From Lingula anatina (lineage: Eukaryota > Animalia > Brachiopoda), in contig CM120640.1 in the NCBI GenBank assembly GCA_051362555.1, positions 30,585,967-30,649,966 on the forward strand: 64,000 nt of DNA, given 5' to 3'. The notes beneath the pieces were generated by a model that searched no databases, was not told where the DNA came from, and saw only the letters and a program-made list of their open reading frames with translations. This document shows positions 1 through 12,875 of this stretch, piece by piece. Position 1 is the first letter of the stretch; each line of letters begins with the position of its first letter. The position numbers and the translations under genes were made by a program.

Positions 1-655
1 TCTTTCACTAACTGCTTTTTAAGCTTTTTCATGGTGAGGGTACTCTGAAACAAGAACAATATAACTGAAAGGACTGAAAATTACATTTGAAAAGAAAGAC
101 AAATTTGGTGACTTAATTAAAATAATTAAACGTTAATAATTTTGTCAAATCTGGACCAATATTTCTGAAATTTGAACAAATGATGCTTAACAACAATAAA
201 AATCAGTGATAAGCTGATCAGTTGTCTGTGTCTAATGAAAAGTGTTTTTTTGGACAACATATTTGGGAAAACTGAAAATTACATTGAAAAGACTGGCAAA
301 ACCCAGACCTTAAAATAGTTAAACATTAATAATTTTGTCAAATCTTGTGGAATATTTCTGAAATTTGTACAAATGATGCTTAACAATAATAAAAATCTGT
401 GATAAGCTGATCAGTTGTCTGTTTCTAATGAAAAGTTTTTTTAGGACAATATATTTGCGAAAACCAAAAATTACATTGAAAAGACTGGGAATTCGCAGGA
501 CTTGAAATAGTTAAACGTTAATCATTTTGTCAAATCTAGTCCAATATTTATGAAATTTGTACAAATGATGCTTAACAACAATAAAAATCTGTGATAAGCT
601 GATCAGTTGTCTGTGTCTAATGAAAAGTGTTTTTTGGGACAACATATTTGGGAAA

Positions 656-848
656 ACTGAAAATTACATTGAAAAGACTGGGAAAACCCAGACCTTAAAA
701 TAGTTAAACGTTAATAATTTTGTCAAATCTTGTGGAATATTTCTGAAATTTGTACAAATGATGCTTAACAACAATAAAAATCTGTGATAAGCTGATCAGT
801 TGTCTGTATTGAATGAAAAGTGTTTTTTGGGACAACATATTTGGGAAA
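656..848. repeat. Representative 193-bp satellite monomer
   Basis: Runs from actgaaaattacattg at 656 to the next copy at 849. Contains conserved palindromes aacgtt, atttgtacaaat and ctgatcag, plus A/T tracts. The head segment varies (ggcaaaacccagacc / gggaattcgcaggac / ggcaaatcccaggcc). Confidence 0.95.
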
Positions 849-992
849 ACTGAAAATTACATTGAAAAGACTGGCAAAACCCAGACCTCAAAATAGTTAA
901 ACGTTAATAATTTTGTCAAATCTGGTGGAATATTTCTGAAATTTGTACAAATGATGCTTAACAATAATAAAAATCTGTGATAAGCTGATCAG

Positions 993-1418
993 TTATCTGA
1001 GTCTTTTCTTTTAAGTGTCAAGTGTATGGGAAATTGATCATCAGAAGAGTGAGAATTAACCAAAACAAATATTTCAATATTGCAATGTATTATTTACTCT
1101 GAAAGTAAACAGCAAATGTGATGATTTGAGGTTGTTTGTGTAAGAGGTTGCAAATTACCTATAACTGTCATCTGGAAAACAATATATACCATACAAGAGT
1201 TCTCCTTACTACCTCTGCAAGATGCAGATTAGTCCTTTCTGGAAGGGGTTGTTGTTATCACAATACTCAACAAGGCCCTAAATCTTGCCTATATCATGTA
1301 TTGTACACATGGAGAAGACACAGTGCTACTCTTGGTGGTATCTTTCACTAACTGCTTTTTAAGCTTTTTCATGGTGAGGGTACTCTGAAACAAGAACAAT
1401 ATAACTGAAAGGACTGAA
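993..1418. repeat. Representative spacer (type A); the first ~45 bp are a degenerate monomer end and the remaining ~375 bp are non-satellite
   Basis: Copies start (ttatctgagtc) at about 993, 2333, 5995, 7336, 8484, 9438, 10583, 11537, 14418, 17499, 20381, 23655, 25189, 27684, 29025, 30366, 32093, 33819, 35350, 37076, 38446 (truncated), 39295, 41403, 42553, 43507, 44652, 45606, 46944 and 48328, plus a partial copy at 1-78. Confidence 0.95.
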
Positions 1419-4400
1419 AATTACATTTGAAAAGAAAGACAAATTTGGTGACTTAATTAAAATAATTAAACGTTAATAATTTTGTCAAATCTGGACCAAT
1501 ATTTCTGAAATTTGAACAAATGATGCTTAACAACAATAAAAATCAGTGATAAGCTGATCAGTTGTCTGTGTCTAATGAAAAGTGTTTTTTTGGACAACAT
1601 ATTTGGGAAAACTGAAAATTACATTGAAAAGACTGGCAAAACCCAGACCTTAAAATAGTTAAACATTAATAATTTTGTCAAATCTTGTGGAATATTTCTG
1701 AAATTTGTACAAATGATGCTTAACAATAATAAAAATCTGTGATAAGCTGATCAGTTGTCTGTTTCTAATGAAAAGTTTTTTTAGGACAATATATTTGCGA
1801 AAACCAAAAATTACATTGAAAAGACTGGGAATTCGCAGGACTTGAAATAGTTAAACGTTAATCATTTTGTCAAATCTAGTCCAATATTTATGAAATTTGT
1901 ACAAATGATGCTTAACAACAATAAAAATCTGTGATAAGCTGATCAGTTGTCTGTGTCTAATGAAAAGTGTTTTTTGGGACAACATATTTGGGAAAACTGA
2001 AAATTACATTGAAAAGACTGGGAAAACCCAGACCTTAAAATAGTTAAACGTTAATAATTTTGTCAAATCTTGTGGAATATTTCTGAAATTTGTACAAATG
2101 ATGCTTAACAACAATAAAAATCTGTGATAAGCTGATCAGTTGTCTGTATTGAATGAAAAGTGTTTTTTGGGACAACATATTTGGGAAAACTGAAAATTAC
2201 ATTGAAAAGACTGGCAAAACCCAGACCTCAAAATAGTTAAACGTTAATAATTTTGTCAAATCTGGTGGAATATTTCTGAAATTTGTACAAATGATGCTTA
2301 ACAATAATAAAAATCTGTGATAAGCTGATCAGTTATCTGAGTCTTTTCTTTTAAGTGTCAAGTGTATGGGAAATTGATCATCAGAAGAGTGAGAATTAAC
2401 CAAAACAAATATTTCAATATTGCAATGTATTATTTACTCTGAAAGTAAACAGCAAATGTGATGATTTGAGGTTGTTTGTGTAAGAGGTTGCAAATTACCT
2501 ATAACTGTCATCTGGAAAACAATATATACCATACAAGAGTTCTCCTTACTACCTCTGCAAGATGCAGATTAGTCCTTTCTGGAAGGGGTTGTTGTTATCA
2601 CAATACTCAACAAGGCCCTAAATCTTGCCTATATCATGTATTGTACACATGGAGAAGACACAGTGCTACTCTTGGTGGTATCTTTCACTAACTGCTTTTT
2701 AAGCTTTTTCATGGTGAGGGTACTCTGAAACAAGAACAATATAACTGAAAGGACTGAAAATTACATTTGAAAAGAAAGACAAATTTGGTGACTTAATTAA
2801 AATAATTAAACGTTAATAATTTTGTCAAATCTGGACCAATATTTCTGAAATTTGAACAAATGATGCTTAACAACAATAAAAATCAGTGATAAGCTGATCA
2901 GTTGTCTGTGTCTAATGAAAAGTGTTTTTTTGGACAACATATTTGGAAAAACTGAAAATTACATTGAAAAGACTGGCAAAACCCAGACCTTAAAATAGTT
3001 AAACATTAATAATTTTGTCAAATCTTGTGGAATATTTCTGAAATTTGTACAAATGATGCTTAACAATAATAAAAATCTGTGATAAGCTGATCAGTTGTCT
3101 GTTTCTAATGAAAAGTTTTTTTAGGACAATATATTTGCGAAAACCAAAAATTACATTGAAAAGACTGGGAATTCGCAGGACTTGAAATAGTTAAACGTTA
3201 ATAATTTTGTCAAATTTTGTCCTATATTCCTGAAATTTGTACAAATGATGCTAAACAAAATTAGAAATCTGTGATAAGTTGACCAGTTGTCTGTATTGAA
3301 TGAAAAGTGTTTTTTAGGACAATATATTTGCGAAAAACAAAAATTACATTTGAAAAGAAAGACAAATTTGGTGACTTAATTAAAATAATTAAACGTTAAT
3401 AATTTTGTCAAATCTGGTCCAATATTTCTGAAATTTGAACAAATGATGCTTAACAACAATAAAAATCAGTGCTAAGCTGATCAGTTGTCTGTGTGTAATG
3501 AAAAGTGTTTTTTGGGACAACAAATTTGGGAAAACTGAAAATTACATTGAAACGACTGGCAAATCCCAGGCCTTAAAATAGTTAAACGTTAATAATTTTG
3601 TCAAATTTTGTCCTATATTCCTGAAATTTGTACACATGATGCTTAACAAAAATAGAAATCTGTGATAAGTTGACCAGTTGTCTGTATTGAATGAAAAGTG
3701 TTTTTTAGGACAATATATTTGCGAAAACCAAAAATTACATTGAAAAGACTGGGAATTCGCAGGACTTGAAATAGTTAAACGTTAATAATTTTGTCAAATC
3801 TGGTTCAATATATCTGCAATTTGTACAAATGATGCTTGACAACAATAAAAATTAGTGATAAGCTGATCAGTTGTCTGTGACTAATGAAAAATGTTTTTTT
3901 GGACAACATATTTGGGAAAACTGAAAATTACATTGAAAAGACTGGGAAAACCCAGACCTTAAAATAGTTAAACATTAATAATTTTGTCAAATCTTGTGAA
4001 ATATTTCTGAAATTTGTACAAATAATGCTTAACAACAATAAAAATCTGTGATAAGCTGATCAATTGTCTGTGTCTAATGAAAAGTGTTTTTTTGGACAAC
4101 ATATTTGGGAAAACTGAAAATTACATGAAAAAGACTGGGAATTTGCAGGACTTGAAATAGTTAAACATTAATAATTTTGTCTAATCTAGTCCAATATTTC
4201 TGAAATTTGTGCAAATGATGCTTAACTATAATTAAAATCTGTGAGAAGCTGATCAGTTGTCTGTGTGTAATGAAAAGTGTTTTTTGGGACAATATATTTG
4301 CGAAAACCAAAAATTACATTGAAAAGACTGGGAATTCGCAGGACTTGAAATAGTTAAACGTTAATAATTTTGTCAAATCTGGTTCAATATATCTGAAATT

Positions 4401-7400
4401 TGTACAAATGATGCTTAACAACAATAAAAATCAGTGATAAGCTGATCAGTTGTCTGTATTGAATGAAAAGAGTTTTTTTGGACAACATATTTGGGAAAAC
4501 TGAAAATTACATTGAAAAGACTGGGAAAACCCAGAGCTTAAAATAGTTAAACATTAATAATTTTGTCAAATCTTGTGGAAAATTTCTGAAATTTGTACAA
4601 ATAATGCTTAACAACAATAAAAATCTGTGATAAGCTGATCAGTTGTCTGTGTCTAATGAAAAGTGTTTTTTTGGACAACATATTTGGGAAAACTGAAAAT
4701 TACATGAAAAAGACTGGGAATTTGCAGGACTTGAAATAGTTAAACGTTAATAATTTTGTCTAATCTAGTCCAATATTTCTGAAATTTGTACAAATGATGC
4801 TTAACTATAATTAAAATCTGTGATAAGCTGATCAGTTGTTTGTGTGTAATGAAAAGTGTTTTTTGGGACAACAAATTTGGGAAAACTGAAAATTACATTG
4901 AAAAGACTGGCAAATCCCAGGCCTTAAAATAGTTAAACGTTAATAATTTTGTCAAATTTTGACCTATGTTTCTGAAATTTGTACAAATGATGCTTAACAA
5001 CAATAGAAATCTGTGATAAGCTGATCAGTTGTCTGTATTGAATGAAAAGTGTTTTTTAGGACAATATATTTGGGAAAACCAAAAATTACATTGAAAAGAC
5101 TGGGAATTCGCAGGACTTGAAATAGTTAAACGTTAATCATTTTGTCAAATCTAGTCCAATATTTATGAAATTTGTACAAATGATGCTTAACAACAATAAA
5201 AATCTGTGATAAGCTGATCAGTTGTCTGTGTCTAATGAAAAGTTTTTTTTTTTGGGACAACATATTTGGGAAAACTGAAAATTACATTGAAAAGACAAGC
5301 AAAACCCAGACCTTAAAATAGTTAAACATTAATAATTTTGTCAAATCTTGTGGAATATTTCTGAAATTTGTACAAATGATGCTTAACAGGAATAAAAATC
5401 TGTGATAAGCTGATCAGTTGTCAGTTTCTTATGAAAAGTTTTTTAGGACAATATATTTGCGAAAAACCAAAAATTACATTGAAAAGACTGGCAAATCCCA
5501 GGCCTCAAAATAGTTAAATGTTAATAATTTTGTCAAATCTAGTCCAATATTTCTGAAATTTGTACAAATAATGCTTAACAACAATAAAAGTCTGTGATAA
5601 GCTGATCAGTTGTCTGTGTGTAATGAAAAGTGTTTTTTGGGACAACATATTTGGGAAAACTGAATATTACATTGAAAAGACTGGTAAATCCCAGGCCTTA
5701 AAATAGTTAAACGTTAATAATTTTGTCAAATTTTGTCCTATATTTCTGAAATTTGTACAAATGATGCTTAACAACAATAAAAATCTGAGAAAAGCTGATC
5801 AGTTGTCTGTGTCTAATGAAAAGTGTTTTTTAGGACAATATATTTGTGAAAACCAAAAATTACATTGAAAAGACTGGCAAAACCCAGACCTCAAATAGTT
5901 AAACGTTAATAATTTTGTCAAATCTGGTGGAATATTTCTGAAATTTGTACAAATGATGCTTAACAATAATAAAAATCTGTGATAAGCTGATCAGTTATCT
6001 GAGTCTTTTCTTTTAAGTGTCAAGTGTATGGGAAATTGATCATCAGAAGAGTGAGAATTAACCAAAACAAATATTTCAATATTGCAATGTATTATTTACT
6101 CTGAAAGTAAACAGCAAATGTGATGATTTGAGGTTGTTTGTGTAAGAGGTTGCAAATTACCTATAACTGTCATCTGGAAAACAATATATACCATACAAGA
6201 GTTCTCCTTACTACCTCTGCAAGATGCAGATTAGTCCTTTCTGGAAGGGGTTGTTGTTATCACAATACTCAACAAGGCCCTAAATCTTGCCAAATATCAT
6301 GTATTGTACACATGGAGAAGACACAGTGCTACTCTTTGTAGTATCTTTCACTAACTGCTTTTTAAGCTTTTTCAGGGTGAGGGTACTCTGAAACAAGAAC
6401 AATATAACTGAAAGGACTGAAAATTACATTTGAAAAGAAAGACAAATTTGGTGACTTAATTAAAATAATTAAACGTTAATAATTTTGTCAAATCTGGACC
6501 AATATTTCTGAAATTTGAACAAATGATGCTTAACAACAATAAAAATCAGTGATAAGCTGATCAGTTGTCTGTGTCTAATGAAAAGTGTTTTTTTGGACAA
6601 CATATTTGGGAAAACTGAAAATTACATTGAAAAGACTGGCAAAACCCAGACCTTAAAATAGTTAAACATTAATAATTTTGTCAAATCTTGTGGAATATTT
6701 CTGAAATTTGTACAAATGATGCTTAACAATAATAAAAATCTGTGATAAGCTGATCAGTTGTCTGTTTCTAATGAAAAGTTTTTTTAGGACAATATATTTG
6801 CGAAAACCAAAAATTACATTGAAAAGACTGGGAATTCGCAGGACTTGAAATAGTTAAACGTTAATCATTTTGTCAAATCTAGTCCAATATTTATGAAATT
6901 TGTACAAATGATGCTTAACAACAATAAAAATCTGTGATAAGCTGATCAGTTGTCTGTGTCTAATGAAAAGTGTTTTTTGGGACAACATATTTGGGAAAAC
7001 TGAAAATTACATTGAAAAGACTGGGAAAACCCAGACCTTAAAATAGTTAAACGTTAATAATTTTGTCAAATCTTGTGGAATATTTCTGAAATTTGTACAA
7101 ATGATGCTTAACAACAATAAAAATCTGTGATAAGCTGATCAGTTGTCTGTATTGAATGAAAAGTGTTTTTTGGGACAACATATTTGGGAAAACTGAAAAT
7201 TACATTGAAAAGACTGGCAAAACCCAGACCTCAAAATAGTTAAACGTTAATAATTTTGTCAAATCTGGTGGAATATTTCTGAAATTTGTACAAATGATGC
7301 TTAACAATAATAAAAATCTGTGATAAGCTGATCAGTTATCTGAGTCTTTTCTTTTAAGTGTCAAGTGTATGGGAAATTGATCATCAGAAGAGTGAGAATT

Positions 7401-8289
7401 AACCAAAACAAATATTTCAATATTGCAATGTATTATTTACTCTGAAAGTAAACAGCAAATGTGATGATTTGAGGTTGTTTGTGTAAGAGGTTGCAAATTA
7501 CCTATAACTGTCATCTGGAAAACAATATATACCATACAAGAGTTCTCCTTACTACCTCTGCAAGATGCAGATTAGTCCTTTCTGGAAGGGGTTGTTGTTA
7601 TCACAATACTCAACAAGGCCCTAAATCTTGCCTATATCATGTATTGTACACATGGAGAAGACACAGTGCTACTCTTGGTGGTATCTTTCACTAACTGCTT
7701 TTTAAGCTTTTTCATGGTGAGGGTACTCTGAAACAAGAACAATATAACTGAAAGGACTGAAAATTACATTTGAAAAGAAAGACAAATTTGGTGACTTAAT
7801 TAAAATAATTAAACGTTAATAATTTTGTCAAATCTGGTCCAATATTTCTGAAATTTGAACAAATGATGCTTAACAACTATAAAAATCAGTGATAAGCTGA
7901 TCAGCTGTCTGTGTGTAATGAAAAGTGTTTTTTGGGACAACATATTTGGGAAAACTGAATATTACATTGAAAAGACTGGGAATTCGCAGGACTTGAAATA
8001 GTTAAACGTTAATAATTTTGTCAAATCTAGTCCAATATTTCTGAAATTTGTACAAATAATGCTTAACAACAATAAAAGTCTGTGATAAGCTGATCAGCTG
8101 TCTGTGTGTAATGAAAAGTGTTTTTTGGGACAACATATTTGGGAAAACTGAATATTACATTGAAAAGACTGGGAATTCGCAGGACTTGAAATAGTTAAAC
8201 GTTAATAATTTTGTTAAATCTTGTCCTATATTTCTGAAATTTGTACAAATGATGCTTAACAACAATAGAAATCTGTGATATGCTGATCA

Positions 8290-11200
8290 GTTGTCTGTGT
8301 CTAATGAAAAGTGTTTTTTGGGACAACATATTTGGGAAAACTGAAAATTACATTGAAAAGACTAGCAAAACCCAGGCCTTAAAATAGTTAAACGTTAATA
8401 ATTTTGTCAAATCTTGTCCTATATTTCTGAAATTTGTACAAATGATGCTTAACAATAATAAAAATCTGTGATAAGCTGATCAGTTATCTGAGTCTTTTTC
8501 TTTAAGTGTCAAGTGTATGGGAAATTGATCATCAGAAGAGTGAGAATTAACCAAAACAAATATTTCAATATTGCAATGTATTATTTACTCTGAAAGTAAA
8601 CAGCAAATGTGATGATTTGAGGTTGTTTGTGTAAGAGGTTGCAAATTACCTATAACTGTCATCTGGAAAACAATATTTACCCATACAAGAGTTCTCCCTA
8701 CTACCTCTGCAAGATGCAGATTACTTCTTTTTGGAAGGGGTTGTTGTTATCACAATACTCAACAAGTAAATCTTGCCAAAAATCATGTACTGTACACATG
8801 GAGAAGACACAGTGCTGCTCTTAGTGGTATCTTTAACTGCCTGCTTTTTCAGCATTTTCATGGTGAGGGTACTCTGAAACAAGAACAATATAACTGAAAG
8901 GACTGAAAATTACATTTCAAAAGAATGACAAATTCGGTGACTTAATTAAAATAGTTAAATGTTAACAATTTTGTCAAATCTAGTCCAATATTTCTGAAAT
9001 TTGTACAAATGATGCTTAACAACAATAAAAATCTGTGAAAAGCTGATCAGTTGTCTGTATTGAATGAAAAGTGTTTTTTGGGACAACATAGTTGGGAAAA
9101 CTGAAAATTACATTGAAAAGCCTGGGAATTTGCAGGACTTGAAATAGTTAAACATTAATAATTTTGTCTAATCTAGTCCAATATTTATGAAATTTGTACA
9201 AATGATGCTTAACAACAATAAAAATCTGTGAAAAGCTGATCAATTGTCTGTGTCTAATGAAAACTGTTTTTTTGGGACAATATAGTTGGGAAAACTGAAA
9301 ATCACACTGAAAAGACTGGCAAAACCCAGGCCTTAAAATAGTTAAACATTAATAATTTTGTCAAATCTTGTCCTATATTTCTGAAATTTGTACAAATGAT
9401 GCTTAACAATAATAAAAATCTGTGATAAGCTGATCAGTTATCTGAGTCTTTTTCTTTAAGTGTCAAGTGTATGGGAAATTGATCATCAGAAGAGTGAGAA
9501 TTAACCAAAACAAATATCTCAATATTGCAATGTATTATTTTCTCTGAAAGTAAACAGCAAATGTGATGATTTGAGGTTGTTTGTGTAAGAGGTTGCAAAT
9601 TACCTATAACTGTCATCTGGAAAACAATATATACCCATACAAGAGTTCTCCCTACTACCTCTGCAAGATGCAGATTACTTCTTTCTGGAAGGGGTTGTTG
9701 TTATCACAACACTCAACAAGTAAATCTTGCTAAATATCATGTATTGTACACATGGAGAAGACACAGTGCTGCTCTTAGTGGTATCTTTAACTGCCTGCTT
9801 TTTCAGCATTTTCATGGTTAGGGTACTCTGAAACAAGAACAATATAACTGAAAGGACTGAAAATTACATTTCAAAAGAATGACAAATTCGGTGACTTAAT
9901 TAAAATAGTTAAACGTTAACAATTTTGTCAAATCTAGTCCAATATTTCTGAAATTTGTACAAATGATGCTTAACAACAATTAAAATCTGTGATAAGCTGA
10001 TCAATTGTCTGTGATTAATGAGAGTGTTTTTTGGGACAACATAGTTGGGAAAACTGAAAATTACATTGAAAAGACTGGCAAATCCCAGGCCTTAAAATAG
10101 TTAAACATTAATAATTTTGTCAAATCTTGTCCAATATTTCTGAAATTTGTACAAATGATGCTTAACAACAATAGAAATCTGTGATAAGCTGATCAGTTGT
10201 CTGTATTGAATGGAAAGTGTTTTTTAGGACAATATATTTGCGAAAACCAAAAATTACATTGAAAAGACTGGGAATTCGCAGGACTTCAAATAGTTAAACG
10301 GTAATAATTTTGTCAAATCTAGTCCAATATTTATGAAATTTGTACAAATGATGCTTAACAACAATAAAAATCTGTGAAAAGCTGATCAGTTGTCTGTGTC
10401 TAATGAAAAGTGTTTTTTGGGACAACATATTTGGGAAAACTGAAAATTACATTGAAAAGACTAGCAAAACCCAGGCCTTAAAATAGTTAAACGTTAATAA
10501 TTTTGTCAAATCTTGTCCTATATTTCTGAAATTTGTACAAATGATGCTTAACAATAATAAAAATCTGTGATAAGCTGATCAGTTATCTGAGTCTTTTTTT
10601 TTAAGTGTCAAGTGTATGGGAAATTGATCATCAGAAGAGTGAGAATTAACCAAAACAAATATTTCAATATTGCAATGTATTATTTACTCTGAAAGTAAAC
10701 AGCAAATGTGATGATTTGAGGTTGTTTGTGTAAGAGGTTGCAAATTACCTATAACTGTCATCTGGAAAACAATATTTACCCATACAAGAGTTCTCCCTAC
10801 TACCTCTGCAAGATGCAGATTACTTCTTTTTGGAAGGGGTTGTTGTTATCACAATACTCAACAAGTAAATCTTGCCAAAAATCATGTATTGTACACATGG
10901 AGAAGACACAGTGCTGCTCTTAGTGGTATCTTTAACTGCCTGCTTTTTCAGCATTTTCATGGTGAGGGTACTCTGAAACAAGAACAATATAACTGAAAGG
11001 ACTGAAAATTACATTTCAAAAGAATGACAAATTCGGTGACTTAATTAAAATAGTTAAATGTTAACAATTTTGTCAAATCTAGTCCAATATTTCTGAAATT
11101 TGTACAAATGATGCTTAACAACAATAAAAATCTGTGAAAAGCTGATCAGTTGTCTGTATTGAATGAAAAGTGTTTTTTGGGACAACATAGTTGGGAAAAC

Positions 11201-12875
11201 TGAAAATTACATTGAAAAGCCTGGGAATTTGCAGGACTTGAAATAGTTAAACATTACTAATTTTGTCTAATCTAGTCCAATATTTATGAAATTTGTACAA
11301 ATGATGCTTAACAACAATTAAAATCTGTGAAAAGCTGATCAATTGTCTGTGTCTAATGAAAACTGTTTTTTTGGGACAATATAGTTGGGAAAACTGAAAA
11401 TCACACTGAAAAGACTGGCAAAACCCAGGCCTTAAAATAGTTAAACATTAATAATTTTGTCAAATCTTGTCCTATATTTCTGAAATTTGTACAAATGATG
11501 CTTAACAATAATAAAAATCTGTGATAAGCTGATCAGTTATCTGAGTCTTTTTCTTTAAGTGTCAAGTGTATGGGAAATTGATCATCAGAAGAGTGAGAAT
11601 TAACCAAAACAAATATCTCAATATTGCAATGTATTATTTTCTCTGAAAGTAAACAGCAAATGTGATGATTTGAGGTTGTTTGTGTAAGAGGTTGCAAATT
11701 ACCTATAACTGTCATCTGGAAAACAATATATACCCATACAAGAGTTCTCCCTACTACCTCTGCAAGATGCAGATTACTTCTTTCTGGAAGGGGTTGTTGT
11801 TATCACAACACTCAACAAGTAAATCTTGCTAAATATCATGTATTGTACACATGGAGAAGACACAGTGCTGCTCTTAGTGGTATCTTTAACTGCCTGCTTT
11901 TTCAGCATTTTCATGGTGAGGGTACTCTGAAACAAGAACAATATAACTGAAAGGACTGAAAATTACATTTCAAAAGAATGACAAATTCGGTGACTTAATT
12001 AAAATAGTTAAACGTTAACAATTTTGTCAAATCTAGTCCAATATTTCTGAAATTTGTACAAATGATGCTTAACAACAATTAAAATCTGTGATAAGCTGAT
12101 CAATTGTCTGTGATTAATGAGAGTGTTTTTTGGGACAACATAGTTGGGAAAACTGAAAATTACATTGAAAAGACTGGCAAATCCCAGGCCTTAAAATAGT
12201 TAAACATTAATAATTTTGTCAAATCTTGTCCAATATTTCTGAAATTTGTACAAATGATCCTTAACTATAATTAAAATCTGTGATAAGCTGATCAGTTGTC
12301 TGTGTGTAATGAAAAGTGTTTTTTGGGACAACATATTTGGGAAAACCAAAAATTACATTGAAAAGACTGAGAATTTGCGGGACTTGAAATAGTTAAACGT
12401 TAATAATTTTGTCTAATCTAGTTCAATATTTCTGAAATTTGTACAAATGATGCTTAACAACAATAAAAATCTGTGAAAAGCTGATCAGTTGTCTGTATTG
12501 AATGAAAAGTGTTTTTTAGGACAACATAGTTGGGAAAACTGAAAATTACATTGAAAAGACTGGGAATTCGCAGGACTTGAAATAGTTAAACGGTAATAAT
12601 TTTGTCTAATCTAGTCCAATATTTATGAAGTTTGTACAAATGATGCTTAACAACAATAGAAATCTGTGATAAGCTCATCAGTTGTCTGTGTCTAATGAAA
12701 AGTGTTTTTTGGGACAACATATTTGGGAAAACTGAAAATTACATTGAAAAGACTGGCAAAACCCAGACCTTAAAATAGTTGAACGTTTATAATTTTGTCA
12801 AATCTTGTCCTATATTTCTGAAATTTGTACAAATGATGCTTAACAATAATAAAAATCTGTGATAAGCTGATCAGT
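8290..12875. repeat. 2099-bp higher-order repeat of type-B spacers (B1 + 3 monomers + B2 + 4 monomers), copy block 1
   Basis: ORF-track copies at 8627/10726 and 9434/11533 are each 2099 apart. Type-B diagnostics are aacaagtaaatc, attacttc and ctttaactgcctgc. Confidence 0.9.

Larger units (their letters stand above)
1..2680. repeat. Two apparently identical 1340-bp higher-order units (spacer + 5 monomers)
   Basis: The sequence at 1 recurs at 1341 and 2681, and identical ORF-track peptides at 1136 and 2476 are 1340 apart. The same unit reappears at ~6.3-7.7 kb and ~27.7-30.4 kb (1341 spacing). Confidence 0.92.

Noticed and set aside
1159-1171. 13-nt micro-exon (ttttccag|ATGACAGTTATAG|gtaatt, minus strand) in each spacer
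   Set aside because: It would need an upstream intron of only ~42 nt, so it is treated as part of the larger exon. It cannot be excluded as an alternative acceptor.
1115-1390. C/D-box snoRNA suggested by gtgatga and ctga
   Set aside because: The boxes are too far apart, there is no terminal stem and no recognisable rRNA guide.
993-1418. Spacer as an inserted mobile element or as a 5S/tRNA/snRNA gene repeat
   Set aside because: No TIR, TSD or poly(A) tail; always at the same monomer position and contiguous with unique flank at the array end. No Pol III boxes or recognisable RNA-gene sequence.
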